Source of the DNA: Catajapyx aquilonaris
Lineage: Eukaryota
Direction of reading: 5' to 3'
Length of the DNA stretch: 64,000 nucleotides
NCBI GenBank assembly: GCA_000934665.2
Contig: JYFJ02000810.1
Location: 1 to 64,000, forward strand
Part shown: positions 13,960 through 28,256 of the stretch, piece by piece
Layout: each line of letters opens with the position of its first letter
How positions within the stretch are numbered: position 1 is the stretch's first letter
Notes under the pieces: generated by a model
The model's input: the letters and a program-made list of their open reading frames with translations, nothing else
Told to the model about the DNA's origin: nothing
The model's database searches: none
Made by a program: the position numbers and the translations under genes

Positions 13960-16900
13960 AAGTATTTCACGGCATGGAATGGCCCTTGAGTAGAATCCAC
14001 TTGTGGAAACCTTGGGATGGAAACCGGTGGTTTGGTGATGGGAAGTGTAGTTGAGTGGTCCAGTCCACCGATTTCACAGGTCTCATTATATTGCCAAAGA
14101 AGAGCGAAAAACCTTCCAAGTCCCTCCTTCTCCTTCTGGTCTGCCCAAATTTAGTGGCTGGACCGGTTCCATCTGGCACGTCGACTCGCAGGGGTTTATT
14201 TTATGAGAGGATTTAATCGTAAAATGAGACGGGGTTACCAGGTTATGTCCCGGGTTACAACATAGCGTCCGAACCAAACGACTCTTGCTGATCGAGGGAG
14301 GATCATTTCCACTACCTTTTATAGGAATCTGGAACTTTGCTTTTCAGCTTGGTCGTAATTCACCTGTAGTGTCTATTGGACACCAGGTTGCAATTGGTGA
14401 CCATATGAGATGCTTTGAAGTCGCACAGCAGGAACAACAACCTAATGTAAATTGAGGTTCAAAATCAATTAAAAATTTTGAGCGTTGTTCAAATTCGCCA
14501 TATATGTCAGGTTGACGTTACCGTTTGATATTAATTGCTCATAAAAATTTTAAGGCACACCATCCATGTCATCTCTGACCTTCTTTGGTAAATCGTAAAT
14601 GGACGTATTTTTCTAGCGCAAATTGGCCACAAGAGAGTCGTTTGAGGTTTTGGTCAGTTGGTGCCTTAAAATTATGCTGTGCAAAAGCATAAAACAATAT
14701 TGCATAAAATTGGGTATACAGCGTGCATGGCTATGATTTCCCCCCCATATTGACTCATAAACTGCAATTTCCCTGCACAACTTGCATAACCAGGTTTCGA
14801 AGGCGCGACGAACATCATTATTTGACCAGTATGTATCTATTTAATTTTCCATGACTGCGAAAACTGTGTAAATTACCTAGTCCTAGCCGCAAATCACGGC
14901 TGTTTGATCTCGGCCAAATATTCATTACTTGGGCAATAATATTTCTCAAACACGAAACCCCCCGCCTTAAAGGCAATGCCGAGCATAGGTTCATGACAGG
15001 GTTGGTGTTGGCTCACGAAGGAGTTTGTAACAGGCAGGCGCCGCCAGGGAGAAAACCTTCGGGGACCTTTATTCTGATTACTTAATGGCGGAGAATCCAG
15101 GGAGATAGAGGCCAGAGGCTGCAATTTGGCATCTCGGACAGGTTGAACATCCGAAGAGATATGGACCAAGGAGGACTGCATACAGAAGGAAGTAGAGCCT
15201 ATCGCATGTGCGAGACGTCGTTTGTAATCAGCCTTGTGTTTTAGCTTTCAGTACACTGTTGGCCATATTTAGAGAACTTTGAATAATGCTCCTACACATG
15301 TGACAGAAAAATTAATTAATATATCGTATAAAGAAACAACCCCTAATACGCCTTCTTCATAACTGACTGGCCGTTGTTTGACGTGACAGCTTTGTTGAAC
15401 CAGTTAGCGTAACATGCATATGTAAACTAAATTACGTGTAACTGCTGGCGTGCATGCGTATTAAAAAAATCTTGATGCAAGTGTCATGGAAGGCTAGTAG
15501 TCCGAATAATTAAGTTTGAACGAGCGTTTTTATGGATTTTTAACGCTACATGCAGTGAGCTTGGAAATCTGGATTTGTTTTGTTCAAGCACCAAATGAAT
15601 TTGTTCTATGTCAGCTGCTGGCACTGTTTTTGTATGTGTAAGAATCTATTGGTGCATGAAGATAGACGAAACTTCTCGCTATAGAGTACGATGTGTCATA
15701 CCGCAAGTAACATTGCGATTTATCATGACCATTTAAGTAATAATAGAAAGCGTTACTTGCCCAAAGTATGTTTGCTGATAATTTCATATGCCGATCCTGG
15801 TTTTAAATTTTGCATTAGTAGTGGGGCGTCACACGTTTCGCCCTGCAATTGCAAGTTGCACTTTACACCTTTCCATGCACCTTAGAAGCAAGGTAACGTA
15901 AATTGCATATGATTTTGTCAGAAATGCTCACGTGAGCGAAAAGAGGCCCTTCATCCCTGGCTGACTGAGAAGTAGACGAGGGCAGTCCAGCTCGTTCTGT
16001 CGTGATCCTATAAATGCAGCAGCAGGAAGACGGATCAAGGATGCTGCCAGGCAAACGGCCTCCAGCACGCATTACCCTGCAATTTCCCAACTTTCCTGTT
16101 TCTCATAATCCTTCGCCACCTACTATTATAGGTTATTTCGATTTGCACCCCAAAGTCAAATGAAATCTCGATTGGGCCCACGATTGAAATTAATTCGGGA
16201 CACACGGGCCTTCAACACTGCGTTTAACTTATCACATGTGTCAGAGCTTTTAACATATAAGTCGAAAGTGGTTTTGGGCACCTTATTGTTATGTCATAGC
16301 TAGGAGGTTTGATGGGCGTGTTTGGCAGATCATCCGTTTGGAGTGTTGTCTCTCCAAGGATGCTGCCGCTTCGAGCGCTGGCGACTGGTTCCATAAAATG
16401 CATCGACATGTCTTGAGGTGTAACCAACAACGTATCTCCAGCAGTCAGTACATTTGCCAAGATTCCCTGGCAATAAACACTCCAGGAGAAGAATTACACC
16501 TGGAGGTGAGACACGACTCGATGGTGGGGCCATCCTGAAATTCATCAGCCGTTGAGAATGCAGCAGTATGTCGAAAAGCAGACAGTTGGAACAAGTATGT
16601 GTGGGCAGAGAAGGCTGGGTTTTAAGGTAGCATCTGAACACATGGCCGGGACTGCAAATTAATGGCCTCTGACACAGACCTCCTGGTAAGAGTCTGAGAT
16701 TTTCCTTGAACTGGCAGCAGCACAGTCTGGAATTACTGGGAGTCGACTAATTATTTTACTGCGTGTAATAAGCCGCTTGTCGAGAGAGACCATTAAATTG
16801 GAACTTGCAGATTTCCTGTCTCCTATAGTTTCGCCAGACTATTGAGCCTAACAGTCTATCGGCGCACTAAAGATTAGATGCAATTTGGAGCACCGAATGC

Positions 16901-19900
16901 AGCGATACTGATAATGTATCGTTACCACCCGTGATTTATTAAAAATTGGGACCATCAGCGTAACCCAGTTGGAACCATAAAGTAGCCACTTTTTATATAC
17001 ATCGCTATCCAAGTGATGTGCGATTACATCATATGGTTTCCGTGCTTGTATACCAGCACAGAACCTGTACTAATTCGATCGCGTTAGTGAAACCGGTACG
17101 AATCAGTAGCAGCTTCCACATATTGTGGTACAATAATTGCATGGGCCTATATGTAAAACGCTATGAGGAAGATGAGAGTGGGTGTGGTCCGGTTGTACAC
17201 TAGGCGATTTCTCTTCCACCTGTACGACTACCGGACAGAAAATTTACGAGCACATCCAGCTTCCAATTTATGGACGGTTCGCGTAACCCTACGCCGCCTC
17301 CTATTAATTTTGGAGATTAAGGAGACCTAAATTGATTTCCAAAGCACACGTTGGGAGCTAACCGTCAAATAGTTTTTTTGGAGAAGTACTCAGGGTGCGA
17401 TGGGTGACTTCACTGCTGAGCCCTAGAGCATAATTGAAGGGCGTAACCGTGAATAACGTCAACTAATGACTAATATGCTATTTCTAGATTGACTGGTTTT
17501 GCTGAAACTGCACATAAAATTTAAATAGTGTACTTAACAATGGTCATTCGAAGTGACTGGTATTACCTGATTATTATCGGTAGCAATCGTCCTAAAAGTA
17601 TGAGTGGCCGAAATAAATATAGAGTTACGCACACAAATAACTCGGGAAGGTCAGAGGTATTTGGACACTCTGTACTGTTACAGAACATCCACACTGGATG
17701 GGCAGTGACCTGCTTTTACAATAATTTTATGCGACATGTTAATTAAAATTCAGTTGTACCCGAAATTATTAATCTCCAAGTACTAGCACCATTCGTGAGT
17801 GTTGTCCGAGGTCAACCTAGGGCCAGAGGGCACCCAATTGCTCGAAGGAATTATTACCGCCGATTAATTTGCAAATATGCAGTGATAAAATTGCATTTGA
17901 GCCCGCCCTTTATGCAGCCAGATTGACTTAAGGTCACACGTGAATATGAAGAATGTGTAATATCAAGATGTCGATCGGGCATTACATTCTCGAAGACCGG
18001 TACCACCAGCTAATGCTGAAGTTATCGGTACCGATCGGCTACAAAAATTTGCAATGTTGAAAACACCTTGGCGGCAAGCAGTAAGGATTGAATCCTGGAT
18101 AAGGTCAAATGTGAGCATGATGGATACAATTCAGACGATAATTTCTGTCGGCAAAGTGGAATTTATTTGACGTTAGCTCCAGGCATTAATTAGGGGCGAA
18201 AGTGATACTTGTCGGATTAATAACAATTTGAGTGCTAACGAGGAGGTGCAGTCAGGGCAAATGCTCATACTCAAGTGTGCATGCGAACTTCTTTCCCCAC
18301 GGATCCCTTATCTTCACTTTGGAAACGGGTTTGTAGTTCGCAAAACAAGCGCAGGAGAGGCCTGCCATACACTGGTGTACATGTAAGGGAAGAATGAAAA
18401 TCACTTTTTACAACCCTGTCTTAACGAAAGTTGATAAACCAACAATTGGCCCAGGTTTTGTTCGACCGAAAACTGGATCACTAAAAATGGCCCCTCCCGT
18501 ATACTGAAGGACCTCCTCACGTCATAGTCATAAATATGACTGTTCCATATTTTCGAGGCTGTCATATGACATTAAAAAGTTCCCGGTTGACCACCACGTG
18601 ACAATACCCATCTCTCATTCTACATGTTTTTGTTTCTCTTTGCGTTTCAAGGATGCACTTATGCCATCAATCACACAGAAAGATAACCACACTTTGCGCC
18701 CACCTGATGGACAAAACTAGACGAAAAAGGTTTATCATATGACGTAAGTCAACTCCACATGTGGTCCTATTGGCCAACACCTCTTTTGATCCAGATTTAC
18801 CGACCGGAAAACGTAGCATAATTGACTACATTAATTAATTAATTTTAAAATATTTTGTCGAATGCGTGCTAAATAATAAATCACAGAAGGGAGCAGAGCA
18901 AGTGCAATTGAGGCCTTTGGCGGTTTTTTGTCACCTACAAAGAGTGCAGCGACACACCTGTCCACATGCATGCAGTCCATATTAGGTTATCTGTGCAGGT
19001 CCCAGCTTCTCTCCCGGGTGTATGGACCACGTGCAAAAATGCGCTGGGAAAACGAGGGCGATGAGTCTCTTGATAACACGGAGCTGAGAAACATGGTCGG
19101 GCTCATGCCATGCATTATTATTAATGGGTAGAAATTGCGTGGGTGTGTGTGTGTTAGGTCAAAGGGAGTGGTCATCTGAGTCAGGAAACGCATTGTGTGC
19201 AGATCAAGCAACGTTGATCCAGTTTGCTCTTTTCCGGATTTCACTCGGGGCTATAAATAGGGAGGTTACATAATCAGACACTAATAATAAATAAATAATA
19301 AATAATGATAAGACGAATTTTCAGAGTTGATCGAACCGGACCTTTGATATCGTGTGTCCGATGTTTCAATGGGCTGTGACCGGTCTTCCTATACTCTTCC
19401 AATGAGTGCAGGACTATGATCAGGGCCAGGGAAAGTGACGAAGGGGTCAATTCCTTGACCCCAAGTGCTCGTTTTAGGAAGGTGCTGGCAGGGTCAGTCA
19501 TATTTCTGGAAGTCACTTTGTTTCATGGTGACCCCTATCGTGCCCTCCATTTCAGTTCGACCATTACTGTATTTACATATAAAGACAGGGTCAATCCGTG
19601 AGAAAAAGTGGTGGCAAGGACACTGGTTGAATCCCCTAGAAGTAGCACCTGGACGTCAAATATTTTACAGTCAAACAATTATAGACCATTGTTTACGCAG
19701 AAATTAAAATATATTGCGTAAATAATTCCCGGTGAATGTACATTTTCGGAGAATGATTAATTAGCATCTGATTTTTGTCTCACGAAGTTATTGCCGGTAA
19801 ATGAGCATGACCTCCAGTTTTCATCTGCACGATCACCGTCCCCCAGGGTTTTCACGTGCGGGAGGTCGGATATTATCGGAAGAATATGGTAATATATTGA

Positions 19901-21110
19901 GGGAAGAAGAGTCGACTACAGTTTGCATGTCCCAGAGGGTTAAAAATCATTAGCATTTCTTTATTGGAGTCACGCAGTAAAACTATTGCACTTGCACCTC
20001 AATGAACGGTAGCCAAATTACTTGAGGTTGTTGACTACTAATTGCTGCCACGCCACGTATTCTCCAAATAGAGATAAGGCACGACATGCTGTTGCCCACC
20101 TTTTTAAGGCTGAAGAATTATTAAGTGAGAACCCAGGTTTCTCGAAACGTGTCATACATCACTGTGAAACAAGGCAATTATCCGCTCGCCATTAATATGT
20201 TTCCTACGTGCTTGGAATCGACTGAGGGACAAGCGACATAGTCTGTCGAAGGATTTCCTCTGCAAAACAAGGGTCCAACTGCACGAAATCCTCATCAGCC
20301 GACTTCGAAAAGAGTCACTTTCGCACTTGACACAATTCACCCAGACATGTGTGTGGGAGTAAATCGCTTCCGATGGCAATAAATCGCCCAGGATCCTCTG
20401 GTAGTTAATGGTGCTCATTTGGCTGATTGATGCCTGCTCCTCATTTCAACACCTTCAGTAGAAACCTACCATGGTCATCTTTTAGTGTCCGGATTTGAAC
20501 GCACCTTTTTGAGGGACAGTTGGTGTTAATGGACGATGGTTCTCAATGCCTTTATTCGGACTCACCCTTGATCACGAGGTCCGATTGCGGCCAGAGATGC
20601 GGATTTTGGTGGGCGTTGCGGTTTGTGCTCTCTCGTGATGGTGGACTCCTCTCGGCAGCCATGACAGTGCACAGGGCGGTCTAAGTAACCTCGACCCATG
20701 AGGGGTCCAGGTCAAGCTTGTCAGTTTGTTTCACAATGGACGATCTTTTTTTATAAGTCACGTAGGGGTACATGGAATTCGGATCCGTAACTCCCCGAAT
20801 TTTTTCGGTTGTGTGTAAGTTACGAGTGAAAGCTGTTCAGTTGAATGGGGGATGCCCCCACACTTCTTTTATTGCCACAAGGTATATTTCATCATTGACA
20901 ACTGTTTTGAAAGAATGGATCGGTCTTGCGTGGAGAGGCATTCCGACGATGTTGTATCGTCTCGACCTACTATTTTTTCAGACCGTAAACAATGCTCGCA
21001 TCACCGCACGCTCCATTCTGGAGCACATTTGCAATTGACTTATTTTCTACTCGACTCTGCAATGAGTTAAGTACGATAATATTCCTATTCAGAGCGGTGT
21101 AGTCAAAGTC

Positions 21111-21189
21111 CAGGAGGCGTATACTCATCCAGGTCACTCGCAATCGACAAAGTCGATTGCGAGTGACCTGGATGAGTATACGCCTCCTG
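21111..21189. repeat. Perfect inverted repeat: 38-bp arms, 3-nt AAA loop
   Basis: caggaggcgtatactcatccaggtcactcgcaatcgac-aaa-gtcgattgcgagtgacctggatgagtatacgcctcctg; the arms are exact reverse complements. Confidence 0.97.
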
Positions 21190-22817
21190 CATCCAATTTA
21201 AAAGGAAGCAATGATTATTGCTTCTCGTTAAGCTAGTTTCTGGAATGAATTCCACATCTACAGCATTTGAGAATGGTGCTGAAAAGAATGTGCACAGACG
21301 TAATAATTCCAGACTCGAATGATCTTGTGAATTCAGTACGACATCTAGCTTGTAAACTCAAGTTGTGCAACGACTCCTCCCCCGGCCATATTTCAATTGA
21401 TAGAAACTGGAAACCGCTCATACCTATTGCAATAGACGTCGATAATAATGCTCTCCCCCCCTCAATTCTTATTCCTTGCCGCACAATCACCAACCAGTTT
21501 TTAAAATTCGATAATAACCCAAATCAACATATGAGAACCGTCTATTTGTTAAACGACCGTCATGTGACCAGACTCAAAGGTGGCAATTGGGAGCAGTTGA
21601 AACGAGGTTGTTTGCATTTATATGGTGGGGGTCGATCACATCCAATGGATAGAAAATGGCCGGCTTTTTGACAGACGTGAGCTCCTAGGAGGTCGAGGCA
21701 GCTGTCAAGAGGTGGTCGAGATAAAAAGGAAAGGTCTCGGCGGGGAACATAGACCGTTTTTCCACCCTACGACCTGGAACCAAGAGTGGGTTGTAACTGC
21801 CTATTTTGCCTCGTAAAATGGCAAATTCGATGCTACAGTAATTACCACGCGTATTCAAATGAGGGAGGAACTGGTTGGATGGATAAACCGGATGGCTCCG
21901 ATTACTCGGGTTGAAGTAATGAGAGACATTTAGATTCTCGTTATGCGCAGATTAGAATAGACGGCTTGGGACGAGGCCTAATTGAATGAGCTGGCTTGGT
22001 CCTGCCTGCATTGTCTTGCACTGGTGTTACTCGTGGCATCGTTTTTTTAAAAAAAGAAGTTATGCGCCTCGTTTCTCTCTGGAGACGTGACCCGGTGGGT
22101 TCGTCCAACTCCTCCCAAGATTGGTACGTGACGACCATGGGGGTGTAATTTTGCCTCCCAAGAAATCATACGTTTCGTGTGCTCTTTCCCACCTTCCCTT
22201 TTGGCTTTGAAAACACATGGCAGCAAGCATGTGGTCAGTCTGCATTGTGCAAGTACGAATACGTGACAAATTATCGGTGGTTCGTACAATGACTATTTTG
22301 GGATATTTGTGATTAATCATTTAGCCAACCGTTTAGCGATTTGTTTAAAAATTGCACAAAACTCACTGGTTTTTGTGGCCGAGCCTGTTATGTCACGTTT
22401 CGCAATGGTCCGCATTCATATTCCCATGGCGACTTGTGACTGATTGCCCTCCTTACCGCAGTCCTTGTAGATGGATAATGATGCGTTCGTGAAGCCACAG
22501 GCAATGTTCTCAAGCAACGCCACAAACGAAACCACCACTTCGGGGGTAAAGGAAAGAAGAAGAAGAAAAAAAATAAACAGTTAGTCCCATCGGCCATGAT
22601 CTCAATTAATATACCCATGAACGACATAGAGGGGGGGCACATAGTTTGGAAATTCGGACCTCAGTGGCGAAACCCTAACATTATATCGTTTTCAGAGAGT
22701 CATGGAATAACCTCACGCAATAAAGGCTCTCGAAATGTGTATAATCGAGTCACGCACTTGCGCGCGTTATGTGCATGTTGCGTAATAAGTAATTAACATG
22801 GTATTTTTCATTTGCAG

Positions 22818-22867
22818 GTGCAGAGCCAACTTAACTGCAACGGATGTGTCCTGAGGCTACAGGCACG
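22818..22867 (+). other. Putative 50-nt internal 5' exon of the zinc-finger gene
   Basis: Branch-like ttaac, then gtatttttcatttgcAG| acceptor, and acg|GTATGT donor. Same strand as the zinc-finger gene. No transcript evidence is available. Confidence 0.55.
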
Positions 22868-24572
22868 GTATGTATGCAACCATATCTATTTGGCGCCAAG
22901 TTTTTGAACTCGTAGCAAACGCGTGTGTCATTCTCATGGGCGATAGGTCGCAACCTATTTGCATATAGGGGCGGAGATGTATCCTTGGATCCATGCCGGG
23001 CATACCTCGTCAGTCTTCCTTACATTATTAAGCGATTCACTTAATCATGTCCTGGACACTCTCACTCCCTACTAGACATGACCATTTCGAACTGAGATCG
23101 ATTCACTGGCAGAGGTTGATTCCTGCACGAAGGTCGACCACTGACTGACTGCACCGGGCTCGATGCCTTCGGGAAATGGCATTGCACACACGAGAATGCA
23201 CTTCGCGTGTGTGCACGAATACGCAAATTTACCCCGTAACGGTTACTAAAATTACACACGATCGTATCTCAATAGATATCGATATAGACACCGATTTTTC
23301 CACGAGTTATAAATGGATGGAATGTATTAATTGCGAGTAGGTAATGCTAATAGATAAATGTCCGGATATTGATACAATTCAATTTCCAAAAGAGCGTACA
23401 TATAACGGATAAAATACCGTGACCGGGCGAATAAATTTGGGTGCCACCTAATTTAATGGTCAGTGGGTGCAATCAGGCATCAAGGAAAGATATTGCGAGC
23501 CATTGTATCCGTTCAATCTTTACGGCTTTGGCTTTATCTAACCACATTTATCTGGCCTTAGACTAAGCGGATTTTATTGTTGGTCATTAGTTACCCTCCA
23601 AACTATAGGAAGAGTCACCTTTATAGACAAAATCGCAAGCCGTTATCGTAGCTATTGATTAGCTGTGAGTGCTGACCTGTGAGATTCAATCACACACGGT
23701 TTTTTTTAAACGCGGCCATAACCTGTACTGATGAGGTCATCGAGGTCGGAAATCACACCCTGCATAACTGTAAATATCTGTTCGGATTAAGTGCTGCTTC
23801 TCTACACGGTGACGCTGATTGATAACGCAAATTATCCAGACATTTATAAGCACTATAGCACGGCCTTCGTAGCATTCAAACCGGAAGAAAACGAGCTAAT
23901 CACCTATAACCTGTTGGATAGCTGGTTTGGATAGCTCATTTCTTGCACTGTATGGGACTGCGTTAAACTGCTACATTGTGCTATACATAGTACCAGTTCA
24001 AGGGAAGTATACTTGTTCGTTACAAGTTCGTGAAGGGACAGTTAACCACCCTGTACTATACATTACAAGATGTTATTGTTTGTACAGTATTAATAATTCC
24101 ATCCAAGCTATTAATTTATGCATTCCCCTCGGGGCCCTGATTTCTAAAATATTTTTTGTACTAATGAAACTGCATTTAATGATCCCTTTGGTCAGGCCTA
24201 CTTCCAGTGGCTGTAAAATTGGAAGAGGGACAAGGTAGTTTGATGATCTGGAGAAGGTAGGGTAGTCCGTGAGACGACATAAAAAAAATGAAGATGGCCG
24301 CTCGGGCAACGAACCTGATGATCTTCCAGCCTCTCCTATGCAGAAAGAGAGAGCTGGAATGATTTGTACCCTGATACAACTGTCATTTAGGAGGCACAAC
24401 TCGTAAGCTACGCCGCTTAATCACCCCGTTACTGGAAATTGATTATCGTCATTACGCTACTCCTGCTGTCCGGCAATCACGTCGGCAAATACAGCACAAT
24501 AGGAGAGAAAGCAGCCTATTTATTTGCTAATTTGCTGATTAACCTCTTATATAGAACGTGTGTTTATAAATA

Positions 24573-24617
24573 TAGTGTGGTCGCCTACAGATCGCAAGGC
24601 CGTAGGTTCGAGCCCCC
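24573..24617 (+). mobile_element. Possible tRNA-derived SINE head remnant
   Basis: gcctacagatcgcaaggccgtaGGTTCGAGCC resembles an anticodon/T-arm half with a B-box at 24605-24614; no A-box or full cloverleaf. Confidence 0.33.
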
Positions 24618-27600
24618 TCTTTTTCGCTTTATTTTTTCTTATGTAATGTTACGTATATTACTAGGGAGCAGCAAAAAAATGGCTGGGAGCAATTAAAGCA
24701 CGCGAGACATACGCAACACGCACCACACGTCCACACTCTTAATGCTGTACATGTGTTCCACTCGGATGATCCTCACCATCCCGATGAAAAGACTGGCACT
24801 GACCATTATTTATCATCCACGTATTTCATGGCTAGGTGTTCTTAGCGACAAAGCCGCGGTGTGACAGGCTGTCGGACCATAATCATCACCCCCCTTCCCT
24901 CTTACCTCCTTCGGACCCTCCATGTTTGTTTGGAAAACGTGTTCCGCTGTCCAAGGAAAATTGCAGGAAGGAAGGTGGAAGTTGACAAATGATCTAGCTA
25001 ATCGAGAACCCCTCAATGCATCCGGGCAGCACTTAGGGGGACCCACGCAAATTTGCAACATTTCTTGAGCTCCATGAAAAAAAAAAATGTGGTCATTAGA
25101 GGGCCGGTACAAACGTGTAAGCAACGGACTAATTGAGGAACCTGTGGAGCAGCCGGTGGTTCTTGATATCTGGCGTTGAGAAACGGGCTTTCACCTTCCA
25201 GCACTGGTCAGCACTTGCTGGTTTTCGGGCCCACCTCCCCCTACCCTGTGTAACCCACCTGGTATGGAAATTTCGCAACTTGTTACAAGTGCTGGTTTTT
25301 TTTTAAAAAAAGGGGGAAGGTAGGAGGGGTTAGCAGATGCTCATTATAGCGGGGGTTGACGCTTAATTATGTATTAACGTGATATATTCCTGGGCAGATT
25401 CGTGCTGACTCCTGTTTTCGTCATATTTTGATGGGAAGCAATGGTTTTGTCGAAATATTATCGAAGATTTGTATATCTCATTTGAATTTATACAGATTAC
25501 AAAATGTTGATGTCCATATTCAGGGTAATTTTTTCGAGCGTGTAGAACATGAAAATAACTTGATTTGCCTGAATATAGAAATGGTTAATCACCTGTCTGC
25601 TGAGTAAATTAGATGCGTGATACCTGTTGCGTATTCCCTGGCACTCCGGCGCAATGAAAGTGACGTAAATCAAAATTTGACATGTAGGTGTAACTAGTCT
25701 AGAAAACGCCTCTAGGGTACTACCACAGTAACCTATTTTCCCACACTTTTGTTTACTAACCAACAAGCATAACCTGAGGGCTTGTACCTGCCCATACCTG
25801 CGAACAACACACGCGACGGAACGTGTAAATTCGTTGATTTAAAAAAACTATGTACGGTAGCTATAACGGTAGTCCGCATGTCAACGCCGTCACATCTTAA
25901 CCCCGTCCGGTTTATTGCCACTAAAAATAAATCAGGCATAGAGTTAGGTACACTTGAAGTCGCCTTCAATTTTTTCCAGCAATCCTCACCATCCGAATCA
26001 AATGGGCGTACCGTAAAATAAGGGGGGGTATAACACCCCCACTGTTCCGTTGCGCAACTAAAAGGAAGGAAGTCGCATCATCAGTCCTGTTTCTGGTTGA
26101 TGGCCACCCCTTCCGTCGATGGCTGGTCTCCGTTGGTCCAATGCTTCCTGTCAACGGGTTTGCGGTCTCCTTTCAACCATAACCACCCTTGTTGTCACCT
26201 CTTGATAACCCAATGGAGCAAAGATGTTCCAATCCACATAGGACCCGGGGAGGACCAAAAACTCCGTTACTTTTTGGATAGGGTAAAGGGCTCTCAAAAA
26301 CGGGATTTTGGCTACTTAAAGACCCACTTCTAAATACACCGTGAATGACTGGCAGGTAGATAAGAGTGAAAAAATAGTAAAAGCTGCGATTTGGTGTAAC
26401 AGCCTGTGACAACCGTAACGGGGTTGAGGAATATCCCGTAAACAAATGGCGTGAAGGCCACTCTTTTGTGGAAGACCGATCGAGTTTGGGTGCTATTTTT
26501 AGGACTGACAACCAGTTAGACACCATTTAAAAATTCGACGTAAAAATTGCTGAAGAAAATACCTGGTGTGGCCATGTTACTTCACACATTGTTTCGAGCT
26601 GATAAATCACTGCACGCTCCAAACAATGGTCACACTTGAGAAATCTGACCACCTTCCATGTCGTTTTGTCGCAAGTAACAACACTTGATTCTAGCCTTAG
26701 GGGGTTTGGTTGTTGTGGAAGGAAACAACCTTGTTCTCAATTCTGACGTTTGATTCGCACGATTTTGGAGTCCGCAAAAATCAAGGGTTGCCACATGAGC
26801 AAGGCGTGATTAAAGATGATCTGCGAGTCATTTTTCTTTTTATGTTAAGCAGAAAGTCATGATTTGAGGACGTGAAGAAGGACGATGGCCTCTGTTTTTT
26901 TTTTTTTCTAGGCGTAAGTTCAGAAGGTTCGGCAATTTCCCTCAAATGTTGCACAGTTCTGCGTTGAACCGTGCCGTCCACTTGTTGGTGGGAATCACAG
27001 GAAAAGGATGTGTCGGTCCTTTTTTTTCCCAGACTTATGATCCTTTTTTTCACCGATTTCCGTAGATTGCGTCAAATATTGCACCATTGCCCTATTTTTG
27101 ATGTAATGAGATGGCGAGGTCACAGTAGGGTATGGTACATAATTGGGTGATTATAGTATTTATGTAACTTATGTGTGCCGTGGCTGAAAGTAATAACGTG
27201 CTATTATGACACCTGTGCCTTCTGGCTTTAAAAAAAAAAACATAAAATATGACAAGATGTGACAGGGTTACGAGTTGTCTTTCGAGACTTGAAAAATTAT
27301 CCGCGAGTTATTGTTACAATATTTCTTCAAAATGTGCAACTTCTAGTAGTACCTTATCGCAATTACAATATTCATGGCATGACAAGTTATTGCCAAAATT
27401 TATTGCATTTTTTGTTGGAGTATTAAAAAGACGTTGGGGTCAGGACACCCAGAAGTCGCGGCTCAAGCATACCTGGACTGTTAATGATGCTGTCACAGTG
27501 GAAAATGTTACGAGTTAGATGAAACAGATGCAAGTCAGATTCATCCCTGACTGGCGACCAACCCTTTGTTTTTCACTCTTTGCCCTGAACAGGTCATTAA

Positions 27601-27828
27601 TTGCGCTTTGTCTTCCGCACATCGTAAAAGCCCGAATAATTGACATAGTTTTTGGTCATTTGCACGTCAACAGCTGGACGAAAAGAGGTGATTTTTCTGC
27701 TTTACATTCCCGATAAAAGAAAGAGCCAATAAAAACCTGGTGGAGGAGCCTATTAGGCATCAATTGGTTCTAGACCAGGACAAAAAAAAAAAAAACCATT
27801 TCGAAGCATGTCTTACGACAGAAGGGAA

Positions 27829-28256
27829 GGGCCTAGCCACACTAGACGGAATCTCCGGACGGAAATTCCGGTGCGGTCCGCTCAAAATTTTCAAACACAT
27901 GGAAGTAAACTGGATTCCGTCGGGATGAGACACACACGACGGTTTTTCCGTCGTTCCGTCGAGCACCAGCGGAAGACCCAGCGGAAGAAATCCGTTCCGT
28001 TTTCCGTCGGGGGCAATAATCCCACTGCAATGTATAGATTCCGGCGGGGCATGGCCACATCCCGACGGAGAAAGAGGGTCAGGTGCACCCTTCTTCTCGC
28101 CCTGGGCATTTTCTTGCAAGGAAGAAGGAGTTGTTTTTCACTAGTGGGCCGCAAGGCGGCAGCACAGTCGACGGAAATTCCGCATGACAAAAAGAACCTT
28201 CCGGACAACCGCACCGGAATCTCCGTCCGGAGATTCCGTCTAGTGTGGCTAGGCCC
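27829..28256. mobile_element. Intact MITE, 428 bp, PIF/Harbinger (Tourist)-like
   Basis: 49-bp TIRs (27829-27877 and 28208-28256; GGGCCTAGCCACACTAGACGGAATCTCCGGACGG...) with one mismatch, a 3-bp TSD GAA on both sides, and internal GACGG/TTCCGTC sub-repeats. No transposase is encoded. Confidence 0.88.

Noticed and set aside
21267..21671. 134-aa ORF next to the palindrome
   Set aside because: No recognisable homology or codon bias
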